A stretch of 64,000 nt of DNA from Candidatus Multivoradales bacterium (GTDB lineage Bacteria; Acidobacteriota; Thermoanaerobaculia; Multivoradales; J023). The stretch's first letter is position 1; every line of letters begins with the position of its first letter. The notes under the pieces were generated by a model, which was not told the origin of the DNA, searched no databases, and was given only the letters and a program-made list of their open reading frames with translations. Of this stretch, positions 47,363 to 56,095 are shown one piece after another. The DNA is taken from positions 4,000,001 through 4,064,000 of the forward strand of contig CBDFLE010000006.1 of the NCBI GenBank assembly GCA_965248925.1. Reading direction: 5' to 3'. The position numbers and the translations under genes are program-made.

Positions 47363-48988
47363 ATGACACACCTCGATAGAGCACAAAATCTTCTCACCGA
47401 TGCCGCAGAGGCGGCATTGGCACAAATCAACCAAGATCGCGGCACCGCGCCGCCCAAATTGCGGCCGTTGCTGGCCTACCTCGGAGAGAACCTCTTCGAT
47501 CCGGGTCTCAACGTTGCCCAGTTGATGCGGGCCTGCAATGTTCGCGACAACTCGCTGTCGATCGAATTTGGCGCTGCTCTAGGCCAGGGTCCACGGGCTT
47601 ACATCGAAGAACACCGCCTGCAGACCGCCGTTCGCCTGCTCACCAAGACCGACCTCAAGATCTGGCAGGTGGGTGAGCTGTTGGGCTATTCCTCGCTGTC
47701 GATCTTCAGCCGCGCCTTCGACCGCTGGGCCGGTTCGCGGCCGGGGGTCTTCCGCCGTAGCCAACGCCAAGCAGCGATCACCGTCAGCACTCGGCAGGAT
47801 GCGCTGCACAGCACCCAGTTGTGGCGGCAGGCGATGTCCGGTGGACTGGAGCAAGAGCAAGCCGGGCAGCTGATCGAGCGCCTCCAAGCTCTGTATCCGT
47901 ATCAGAACGGAGCGACTGACGAGAAGACTCTAGCCGCGCGCGTCTGGCGTTCCCTCGATGGCCGCGGGTTCGATGATCAGCAATTGATTGTCAGTCGGCA
48001 GGTGGTTTTCAACTCGCCTGCGTTGTTCGAGCTTTTGCTGGAGAAAAGTCGCACCGAAGGGCGCAAAGAGCGTGAACGTGGAGTCGAGGTCGCTGAGCTG
48101 GCGCTGGCCAGCGTCACCGGCTGTGGCCGGCAGAGTGCGCAAACCGACCTGGTAGCCAGGGCCTGGACTTGGATCGCCAACGCCCGCCGCATAGCCTTGG
48201 ACTTCAGCGGTGCTGAGCAAGCTTTCGTGCAAGCTAAGAAGGCTCTGGCCATGCCTCGGGAGTGGCCCAATCACTTGGCCCAAGCTGAACTTCCAACCTA
48301 CGAGGCTGCCTTATTTGTCTGGCAGCGGCGCTGTGACGAAGCCTTGGAGAGCAGTAGCAGAGCCATCGAACTTTGTCGGGAACATGGACTCGAAGAGCTA
48401 CAGATTCAAGCTCTGCTAGTCCGTGGGATGGCGTTCGACGTCGCCGGCCAACTCAAGGGCGTGCTGCAAGATACGTTGGCAGCGACCCGCCTGATCGATG
48501 CCAAGGTATCTCCCTACTTGGCGGTGTCGGCCCGTTCTGGCTTGATCTTCCACCTGATCGAAGATGGCCAGCTGCAGGAGGCTGAGGACAATTTGCGACA
48601 GGCCTACCAACTGGCCGCCGGCTTGGGCAGTGACCGCATCTCGTTCCACCTCGACTGGCTGCATGCTCTCCTGCTGCTGTCCCGAGGTGCCTTGTCGAAA
48701 GCAGAAGATCTCCTGCTCGCTGCTCGCGCAGGATTGCGACGAGAAGGCGAGATCTATGGCGCTACGATGGTCGGTCTCGACCTGGCACTGCTCTACGCAG
48801 ACCAAGGCAACTCGCGCCAAGTGATTCGGCTGGCCGCCGAAACTCTGCCGGTGCTCAAGGCACTGCGGGTATTCCGCGACTCGCTGGCTGCTTTTCACAT
48901 GTTGCAAAGCGCAGTGGAGAAGGAGCGTGTTGACGCTACCCTTCTCCACCAGGTTCGCACCGCGCTGCAGCGGTCGCCGGGTCTCTAA
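47363..48988 (+). CDS. N-terminal AraC HTH regulator with C-terminal TPR-like helical domain
   Basis: RLQTAVRLL..LKIWQVGELLGYSS..FSRAF..G.RP..FR, followed by helical repeats. Confidence 0.85.
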   Translation: MTHLDRAQNLLTDAAEAALAQINQDRGTAPPKLRPLLAYLGENLFDPGLNVAQLMRACNVRDNSLSIEFGAALGQGPRAYIEEHRLQTAVRLLTKTDLKIWQVGELLGYSSLSIFSRAFDRWAGSRPGVFRRSQRQAAITVSTRQDALHSTQLWRQAMSGGLEQEQAGQLIERLQALYPYQNGATDEKTLAARVWRSLDGRGFDDQQLIVSRQVVFNSPALFELLLEKSRTEGRKERERGVEVAELALASVTGCGRQSAQTDLVARAWTWIANARRIALDFSGAEQAFVQAKKALAMPREWPNHLAQAELPTYEAALFVWQRRCDEALESSSRAIELCREHGLEELQIQALLVRGMAFDVAGQLKGVLQDTLAATRLIDAKVSPYLAVSARSGLIFHLIEDGQLQEAEDNLRQAYQLAAGLGSDRISFHLDWLHALLLLSRGALSKAEDLLLAARAGLRREGEIYGATMVGLDLALLYADQGNSRQVIRLAAETLPVLKALRVFRDSLAAFHMLQSAVEKERVDATLLHQVRTALQRSPGL

Positions 48989-49006
48989 GGCGTTCCGAGT
49001 GCCGGT

Positions 49007-49108
49007 CTAGCCCACCGGGTCGACGAGATGGCAATATCCTGATTCGGTCGCACCGGTGAAAGAGATTCCTTGAGTCTTTTCGCCGTAGTAGCAGTAGTAA
49101 TAGTTCAT
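49007..49108 (-). CDS. Candidate 33-aa peptide MNYYYCYYGEKTQGISFTGATESGYCHLVDPVG
   Basis: Manual translation; AAGGAG 8 nt upstream of the ATG; stop 18 bp from the convergent regulator stop. Confidence 0.5.
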   Translation of the reverse strand: MNYYYCYYGEKTQGISFTGATESGYCHLVDPVG

Positions 49109-49376
49109 CACGCTCGCTCCTTGCGAGCGCGTCGTCATCCCCCCTCCCCGGAGGGAGCGCGCGCTCGATGAGCCTCAGATTAGCTGGGAGAAGGGCGTTC
49201 GCCCAGTAAATCTGCCCAAATCGCATTAGTGGCGGGTCGGTTCGAAGCTGCAGCTGAATAATTTAAGCGTGGCTTGACTTCTCTGGTTCGGGAACCAGAC
49301 ATTTCTCTTTTTCCTCGAGATTTTAAATATTTGATATTTTCTTGAACTGACAGAGTTTTAGCGCCAGGATCGCATT

Positions 49377-50516
49377 TTATGCAGGTGCTTGATATAGCCG
49401 GCACCCAGCTGCCTTGACGATGACGAACACAGCTTTGCCGGGCATCAAGTCCAATTCCTCGACCGTACTCGGGGTCACCTCGACCGCCAACGGCGGTGCG
49501 CTACCCCTGAGTTTGACGGTGATCAAGCGCAAATCTCCCACCGCCTGGCGCTCCAAGACAGTGGCGGGCAACACGTTGCGAGCGGAAATATTCCGCGGCC
49601 GTTCGGTGGCCAAGATGACATCGCGCGCCGCGATTCCCACCCAAAGTGAATCGCCGGGTCTGCCTCGGGCACAGGTCGTCCAGAGCACCGGTCCGTCGGG
49701 CCCGTCGCCGAGCTGTAGCCGAGCCTGGCCAGCGTTAGATTCCACCAGCGTCGCCGGCAAGACATTCTCGAATCCCTGATCACGAGCCAAGGGAAAGACT
49801 CGGGGGTCGGTGAGCACCTGCCGGGTCGGGCCGCTGGCCAAGACTCGCCCTCGGTGCAAGGCGATGACCTCGTCGCACAGCGCCTGCACCTCCACCGGAT
49901 CGTGCGACACCAGCAGTATGGGTAAGCGTAGCTGATCGCGGATTCGGCCGAGCAGCGGCAGCACTCGCCGGCGCAGCTGGAGGTCGAGGGCCGCCAGAGG
50001 TTCATCGAGTAGCAGCAGCAGCGGCCCCGAGCAGATCGCTCTACCGAGAGCGACCCGTTGCCGTTCACCGCCTGAGAGAGTGTCGACGCGGCAGCGCAAC
50101 AGGTCGTTTAACTCAAGTAGATCGCAAACCTGGTCAAAGGTCGCCGCGGGCTGGCTCAGGTTGCGTCGCGCCCGTCTCGCCCCGGCCAACAGATTGGCGC
50201 GGACGTCGCGATGAGGAAAGAGCAAACCGTCCTGCGGCACGTAGCCAATATTGCGCTGCTCCGGCAGCAGGTAGATGCCCCGGTTGGTGTCGAGCCAGAT
50301 GTCGGCGCCGACTTGAATTCGCCCGCGCGCCCGCCGATCGAGGCCGGCAATGGCTTGCAAGAGAGTCGATTTGCCGGCACCGCTGGGACCGAAGATGGCG
50401 GTGCTGCGGGCCCCGAAGTCGAGATCCACGGTCAACTCGAAGGGGTCGAGCGGCACCGAGATGCTGACCTTGAGGGTGGGTGGCCCGCTACCGGTGCCTG
50501 CCGCTCGCAACGACAT
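49377..50516 (-). CDS. modC: Molybdate ABC transporter ATPase
   Basis: GPSGAGKS, LSGGERQR, LLDEP, SARN; TOBE domain. Confidence 0.92.
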   Translation of the reverse strand: MSLRAAGTGSGPPTLKVSISVPLDPFELTVDLDFGARSTAIFGPSGAGKSTLLQAIAGLDRRARGRIQVGADIWLDTNRGIYLLPEQRNIGYVPQDGLLFPHRDVRANLLAGARRARRNLSQPAATFDQVCDLLELNDLLRCRVDTLSGGERQRVALGRAICSGPLLLLLDEPLAALDLQLRRRVLPLLGRIRDQLRLPILLVSHDPVEVQALCDEVIALHRGRVLASGPTRQVLTDPRVFPLARDQGFENVLPATLVESNAGQARLQLGDGPDGPVLWTTCARGRPGDSLWVGIAARDVILATERPRNISARNVLPATVLERQAVGDLRLITVKLRGSAPPLAVEVTPSTVEELDLMPGKAVFVIVKAAGCRLYQAPA

Positions 50517-51196
50517 CAGTGCCCTTGTCGAGGGTGCTGTGGCTGTCGGGAAAGACGTTCGGAGGCCGAGATGGCAACGACTCCCACCAAGAGAGCAAGG
50601 CCCAGCAGCAGATAGGCGGTGCGCTCATCACCCACTTGCTGGGCGGAAAAGATAGCCGACGCCAGGGTTTGGGTGCGGCCGGGAATGTTGCCGGCCAGGA
50701 TGACCGTGGCGCCGAACTCACCCACCGCCCGGGTGAAGCCGAGGATAGCGGCTGCTAACAGCCCTCTACGAGCCAACGGCAAGGTGGTGTTGAAGAAGGT
50801 CCGACTCCGGCTGTGGCCGAGGGTTCGGGCCATCATCTCGAGCCTTGGATCGATGCCTTCGAAAGCCACTCGAGCGGTTCGCACCACCAGTGGCGTGGCC
50901 ATGATCGCCGCGGCTAGCACGGCTGCCTTCCAGGTCAGCAGAATACCGAAGTCAAAGCCCAGCCGTTCACTGCCCAGCAGCCCGTCGCGGGCTAGCAGTT
51001 GCAGCATCAAGAAACCGATGGCGGTGGGTGGCAAGACCAGAGGCAGGCCGACCAGGACCGAGATCGCGCCATGACCCGGAAAGCGAAATCGCGCTAGCAG
51101 GTAGGCCAGCAGCGTTGCCGGGGGTAGCACCAGCAAGGTGGCGACGGTGGCCACCTGCAGGGTCAGGGCGACGGCGGTTCCGGCGGCCTCACTCAT
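50516..51196 (-). CDS. modB: Molybdate ABC transporter permease
   Basis: [33 protein letters not shown]. Confidence 0.92.
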   Translation of the reverse strand: MSEAAGTAVALTLQVATVATLLVLPPATLLAYLLARFRFPGHGAISVLVGLPLVLPPTAIGFLMLQLLARDGLLGSERLGFDFGILLTWKAAVLAAAIMATPLVVRTARVAFEGIDPRLEMMARTLGHSRSRTFFNTTLPLARRGLLAAAILGFTRAVGEFGATVILAGNIPGRTQTLASAIFSAQQVGDERTAYLLLGLALLVGVVAISASERLSRQPQHPRQGH

Positions 51197-52058
51197 CGTC
51201 GGCCTGGCTCCGCGAGTGTGAAGGATAGGGCGTGAAGCCCTGTTGGGCGAAGATCTGGGCTGCTCGCGGGGTGCTGAGCAGGTCGCTGAATCGGGCCGCC
51301 GCCTGTGGTGACTGGCTGTCGGCGATCTGAGCTGCCCAATAGGCGATGTCGGGGGAGTGCTCGGCTGGGACTTCATAAAGAACTTTCACCCGCCGGCTGG
51401 CTATGGCGTCGCTGTGGTAGACGATGCCGACCACATCAATCCTCGCTGCGACGATGGCGAGGGCCGCGCGCACGTCTGCCGCGGGTGCTACCCGGCCGGC
51501 TAAGTGGATCCACAGATTGCCCTCTTGCAATTCCACGGATTCGAGAAAAGCGCGGGCATAGATGCCGGCTGGCACCGCCCGTGGATCGGCCAGCGACAAA
51601 TGGGCAAAGGGCAGCGTCGCCAGCTCGGCCGGGTGTTTCAGGGGGGCTGAACCCTGCGGATGACCGATCACCACCAGGCGATTGGCAAGAAACGGTCTGA
51701 TGCTGCTTTCGACCAGATGACCGCGCTGGCGGAGGTGCTCTACCCAGCGGTGGTTGGCACTGAGCAAGAGGTCACCACCGGCGGTCGCTTCGATCTGTCG
51801 GGCGAGCACATTCGAGCCGGCGAAATTAAACACCGGTCGCAGTCCCTGCTGCTCGGCCTCGACACCTATCTGTTCGAGGGCGTTGCGTAGGCTGGCGGCG
51901 GCGAACACAAGCACCTCCTCGTCGTGCTGCACTGGCCAACAGTCTACGCTGCAGCCGAGGATCAAGACGACGGTGCCTAGAACCCAGCGGTACAGGCTCA
52001 GGGGTCGGTGGCCCCGCGCTGGGTGAGTGAGGATTGCTTGGGGAAGATGTGCCGACAT
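51189..52058 (-). CDS. modA: Molybdate ABC transporter substrate-binding protein
   Basis: VFAAASL, FAGS..LARQI, VPAGIYA, DVRAAL, VYHSDA; start uncertain. Confidence 0.9.
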   Translation of the reverse strand: MSAHLPQAILTHPARGHRPLSLYRWVLGTVVLILGCSVDCWPVQHDEEVLVFAAASLRNALEQIGVEAEQQGLRPVFNFAGSNVLARQIEATAGGDLLLSANHRWVEHLRQRGHLVESSIRPFLANRLVVIGHPQGSAPLKHPAELATLPFAHLSLADPRAVPAGIYARAFLESVELQEGNLWIHLAGRVAPAADVRAALAIVAARIDVVGIVYHSDAIASRRVKVLYEVPAEHSPDIAYWAAQIADSQSPQAAARFSDLLSTPRAAQIFAQQGFTPYPSHSRSQADDE

Positions 52059-52258
52059 TTTCGCTCTCGAAGGCTGTTGCAAGTTGCCTTGTAGGAGGGG
52101 CGGCCTCCGCTGGGCAAGAGACGCGTCAAGGGTCTATCACCTCCTCATTTCTCGCGCAATGGAGCTTTGGCGATGAGGCTGTTGACTCGAACAGCCTGGT
52201 TCTTGGACTGGTGGAGAGCGCTGGTATCATCGCTTTAACTTTGCAAGGTGGAGTCTCG

Positions 52259-53941
52259 ATGCAAGATTCTAGGTCTGCCAAGGACGGTCTTGGCCAGTCC
52301 GTTCGATCACAGAAAGCAAGCGGTGGTGATGCTGGGGCGAGTGCCGTTGATCGTCTGAGCAGACGGCGCTTTATGGTCTCAGGATGTGCCGCCGCGGGTT
52401 TCTTGGTGGCGGCGAAGACTGCTGCCGAGTCGCCAGCGGTCCGCGGACCAGACCACGAAGTCCCTCTGGCACGCTATGTCCCTTTCGCTGAACCGAAGGT
52501 GGTCTATTCTCGCGACGGAGTCTTGGCGGTGACGTTGCGAGTGAGCGAGCAGGCTGTTCGCATTCAGCAGGCGGACGGTGTTCGTACCGAAATCACCCGC
52601 ACCTACAACGGTCAAGTGCCCGGTCCGACGCTGCGGCTGCGGGCCGGAGAGTGCTTGCAGTTGGAGTTGGTCAACCAGCTGCCGCCCAATCCCGAGAGCG
52701 GGCCCAAGGCGGCAGAGCACAACCGTCCGGGACGGTTCAACACCACCAACTTGCACACCCACGGATTGCATGTTTCACCGGCTGGCAATTCAGACAACGT
52801 ATTCCTGGAAATCGAGCCCGGTGAGAGCCAGAGCTATCAGATTTGCTTGCCTGACTTTCACGCTCCCGGCACTCACTGGTACCACGCCCACCGCCATGGC
52901 TCAACTGCCGTGCAAATGGTCAACGGCCTGCACGGTGCGCTGATTGTCGAGGATCCGGCGGCGCAGCAAATCGCCGTCGACGAGGAGAAAACCTGGATCG
53001 TCCAGGAGATCATTGGCGAAGCCGCCGAGGGGGTCTACAGCTGTCAGCCGCCGCGGGTGCCTTTCACCGTCAACGGGGTGCACCAGCCGACGTTCTCGAT
53101 GCGTCCGGGTGAGATTCAGCGCTGGCGTTTTTTGCTCGCCGGCGGAACCCAGCGTGCTTTCATGAAGCTCAAACTAGTCCATGCCGCCACGGGCGAGCTG
53201 GTGCCGATGGAGTTGATCGCCATCGACGGCATCACCTTCTACGGCAAGTCGCCACAACAAACACGCGGCTGGGAGATGGCGCCCGGCAACCGTTCGGACT
53301 TTCTTGTGCAGCTAGCCGCGGGGACTTACCAGGTAATCAAGGGAGCCTTGCAGGAGGGTGACGATCAACTACTGGCGACGGTGCTGGTTGCCGGCAAGCC
53401 TCTTCCGGCGCGGCCGCTGCCCGCCTTGCCGCCGATTACCACTCGCCCGGCCTATCTGCGGCCAATCATCGACCAGGAGATTGGTGATCGGCCAGAGCGA
53501 GAGTTCGAGTTCAGTGTCGACAGCAGTTCCGGCGGCTGTCGCGAGCAGTCGCCAGGGGCGGTCGTCGCGAGCCGATTTTTGATCAATGGCAAGCAGTATG
53601 GCGAGCCCGGCACGCTGACTAGGGTGCGGCTCGGCAGTGCCGAACAATGGCGATTGATCAACACCTCCCACGCCGAGCATCCGTTTCACATCCACGTCAA
53701 TCCGTTTCAGGTGGTCGATCCCGACCTGCCGCCGGAAGAGTGGTTGTGGTGGGACACCATCGCGATTCCGGCAGCCCTCTCCCTGGCCACCGTGGGGCAG
53801 CTGACTATCCGTCAGCGCTTCGGCACCTTCACCGGCAAGTTCGTCATTCACTGCCACGTGCTCAGCCACGAGGACTTGGGCATGATGTGGGATGTCGAAG
53901 TCGTCGCAGCCGATGCCGATGCCGCCAGCGAGCAGGTGTAG
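52259..53941 (+). CDS. Tat-exported multicopper oxidase
   Basis: SRRRFM; HTHG, WYHAH, HPFHIH, HCHVLSHEDLGMM. Confidence 0.93.
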   Translation: MQDSRSAKDGLGQSVRSQKASGGDAGASAVDRLSRRRFMVSGCAAAGFLVAAKTAAESPAVRGPDHEVPLARYVPFAEPKVVYSRDGVLAVTLRVSEQAVRIQQADGVRTEITRTYNGQVPGPTLRLRAGECLQLELVNQLPPNPESGPKAAEHNRPGRFNTTNLHTHGLHVSPAGNSDNVFLEIEPGESQSYQICLPDFHAPGTHWYHAHRHGSTAVQMVNGLHGALIVEDPAAQQIAVDEEKTWIVQEIIGEAAEGVYSCQPPRVPFTVNGVHQPTFSMRPGEIQRWRFLLAGGTQRAFMKLKLVHAATGELVPMELIAIDGITFYGKSPQQTRGWEMAPGNRSDFLVQLAAGTYQVIKGALQEGDDQLLATVLVAGKPLPARPLPALPPITTRPAYLRPIIDQEIGDRPEREFEFSVDSSSGGCREQSPGAVVASRFLINGKQYGEPGTLTRVRLGSAEQWRLINTSHAEHPFHIHVNPFQVVDPDLPPEEWLWWDTIAIPAALSLATVGQLTIRQRFGTFTGKFVIHCHVLSHEDLGMMWDVEVVAADADAASEQV

Positions 53942-53944
53942 GAA

Positions 53945-54370
53945 TCAGGCCCACCCGGCGTCGGGGAAGCGAACGTCTCCGAGGCGGATCTTGGTTGCCG
54001 GTTGCGAGTACTCGACTAGCTCAACTTCGATGCCATCGGGGTCGCGGAAATAGAGCCGCCGGCCAGGTTCGTAGTCGGCTTCCAGATGGGGCTCGATGTC
54101 GAGCTTGAAGAGGCGTTGCCGCTGAACTTCGAGGTCTTCGACCACGAATCCCAGGTGGTTGAGGCCGACGCGGTCATAGGATTCGTCAGCTTGGCGGCTG
54201 TGAGGCGCTTCGAAGAGAGCCAAGTAGTGCCGCTGGTTGCCGACATGAGCGGCCGGCCGTCCGCTGGAGTTGGTGCCGCGCCAGCGCACCTCGAAATCGA
54301 ATAGGTGGCGGTAGAATTCGATCGACCGGGCGACGGATGAGACGGTCAGATTGACGTGTTCGAGAAACAT
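53945..54370 (-). CDS. VOC/glyoxalase family protein
   Basis: LEHVNLTV, NHLGFVV, YFRDPDGIEVELV. Confidence 0.9.
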   Translation of the reverse strand: MFLEHVNLTVSSVARSIEFYRHLFDFEVRWRGTNSSGRPAAHVGNQRHYLALFEAPHSRQADESYDRVGLNHLGFVVEDLEVQRQRLFKLDIEPHLEADYEPGRRLYFRDPDGIEVELVEYSQPATKIRLGDVRFPDAGWA

Positions 54371-54472
54371 GGCGGTCTCCTTTAGAGAAGTCTTGGCTTA
54401 CTTATACCGTGGTGCGGGTTATTTAGAAAGAGGTTTCTTATGAAATTACTCGTCTTGAGTTAGACTTCATCG

Positions 54473-55186
54473 GTGGAAAGCAAGCAGGGAGAGAACCTGA
54501 GCGGCGCCAAGCGGCGTCTGCTAGAGCAGCTCAAGCGCGGCGGTTCTGCCACCGTGTCTGGATTGGCGGCGGTGCATGGCTCTACCGAGGTGGCGGTGCG
54601 TCAGCACTTGCGGGCCCTGGAACAGCAGGGGTGGGTAAGGCGTGCCAAGTCTTCTCCACGCGGGCGGGGGCGCCCTTCGGAAGTGTGGGCCCTGAGTGAA
54701 GCGGCGGCCGAGCTGTTTCCCGACCGCCATGGGGAGCTGACCATCGATCTGATCGACGGCGTGCGCGAGGCTTTTGGCGAGCAGGGGCTCGAACGGTTGA
54801 TCGAGATCCGCTCGCAGGCACAGGAGCGGCGCTATCGTCGGCTCATGCGGTCGTCAACGGGGCTCGGCGAGAAGCTCGACAGGTTGGCGGAGGAGCGTTC
54901 CCGCGAGGGCTATATGGCCATCGTGGTGCGCGAGCCGGGGGGCAGCTTCCTGCTGATCGAGAGCCATTGCCCGATCTGTGCTGCGGCCCGCGCTTGTAGC
55001 GGCCTGTGCCGTGGTGAGCTGCGGGTCTTCCAACAAGTCTTGGGCCCCGCAGTGCAGGTCGAGCGAGTTCGGCACTTGCTGGCCGGCAGTGATCGCTGCT
55101 CCTATCGGGTGACGGATCTAGCGCCCCGGCCGAGCCACGGCGAGTCAGCGAACAGCTCAGTCGCGCAGTCGACGCCTCGAGGCTAG
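54473..55186 (+). CDS. SufR-like HTH metalloregulator
   Basis: AVRQHL..L, GRGRP, EGYMA, HCPI..C..E..C.Y. Confidence 0.85.
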   Translation: MESKQGENLSGAKRRLLEQLKRGGSATVSGLAAVHGSTEVAVRQHLRALEQQGWVRRAKSSPRGRGRPSEVWALSEAAAELFPDRHGELTIDLIDGVREAFGEQGLERLIEIRSQAQERRYRRLMRSSTGLGEKLDRLAEERSREGYMAIVVREPGGSFLLIESHCPICAAARACSGLCRGELRVFQQVLGPAVQVERVRHLLAGSDRCSYRVTDLAPRPSHGESANSSVAQSTPRG

Positions 55187-55954
55187 CCGTAGCGCGGCGC
55201 CGGCGCAGGCGACAGTCAAGAAGATCAGCCCGAGGGCCGACAGGGTAGGTATTTCGAACGGCGAAGGGGCTTCTAAGACCAGCGTCAGTGTTGGTGCTAC
55301 CGCCGGGTCGCTATTTTCGTGAGTGTCGAAGCGCTTGGCGGTCACCGCGGCGCCAGCCTCGTCGCCAAGCAGGATCCAGCCCAAGTTGATCGCCGGATCA
55401 TCGATCCAGCTGCCGACATCCGCCACCATCTCAGGACTCGTGCCCCAGGTGTAGAAGCCGTTGGCGTCGATCATTTGCGAGGCGCTCGCTATGGCAGCAA
55501 AATCGCCGCCCGGAAGGTCCCAGCCAACGCTATCGAAAAAGCGGAACACCCAAGTCGCGTCGCCGGTCATCGCCGGAGCACCGCCTCCTTCCTGGCCTGG
55601 CGCGTCGGATCCCGCTTCTCCCCAATCGTTGGTCAGGCGATGCAGAGTCACGGGCTGCGGCCCAGTGACCGTGCGCGACATATTCAGCGTCAAGGTTGCC
55701 GAGAGCACGGTAGTTCCGGGCGCGATGGCGCTGAGGTCGAAATGCAGCAGGCCACGGCGGGCGTCGCCCATCGCTGTTTGACCGGCGAACAAATGGTCGC
55801 CGGCACCGTTGCTGGTGAAGTCGTCCTCTGCATACAGGGTGGTGTCGCGGTCAGCTACCACGACCACGGTTCCAGCTGCAGCGGTCCCGGTGCTCGCCAG
55901 GGTGAGGGCTACGATGAGTCCGGCGAAGCAACGATTTAGGGTCCTTGGGTGCAT
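55157..55954 (-). CDS. Secreted DNRLRE-like domain protein with IPTL-CTERM sorting signal
   Basis: DTTLY, RRGLLHFDL, WGE; C-terminal IPTLSALGL + TM + RRR. Confidence 0.82.
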   Translation of the reverse strand: MHPRTLNRCFAGLIVALTLASTGTAAAGTVVVVADRDTTLYAEDDFTSNGAGDHLFAGQTAMGDARRGLLHFDLSAIAPGTTVLSATLTLNMSRTVTGPQPVTLHRLTNDWGEAGSDAPGQEGGGAPAMTGDATWVFRFFDSVGWDLPGGDFAAIASASQMIDANGFYTWGTSPEMVADVGSWIDDPAINLGWILLGDEAGAAVTAKRFDTHENSDPAVAPTLTLVLEAPSPFEIPTLSALGLIFLTVACAGAALRLASRRRLRD

Positions 55955-56095
55955 GCAAACCTCCTCGGGACCGCGAGTGGCGAGGCTGCGTCTCGCGATG
56001 CGCAGAGCCTACCGCAGCCGCCGGTTGAATTGAATCACCGGTGGCCGGCCTCTGTCTGATCGGTGCTTGGAGTCCAGCGATTGGCCTGCAGCCAG

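Noticed and set aside
48936-49404. ORFs 48936..49226 and 49180..49404
   Set aside because: No RBS or family motifs; the 33-aa ORF in another frame has better initiation signals.
52060-52200. Moco riboswitch upstream of modA
   Set aside because: Several short hairpins are present, but I could not match the conserved Moco motif elements; needs an Rfam scan.
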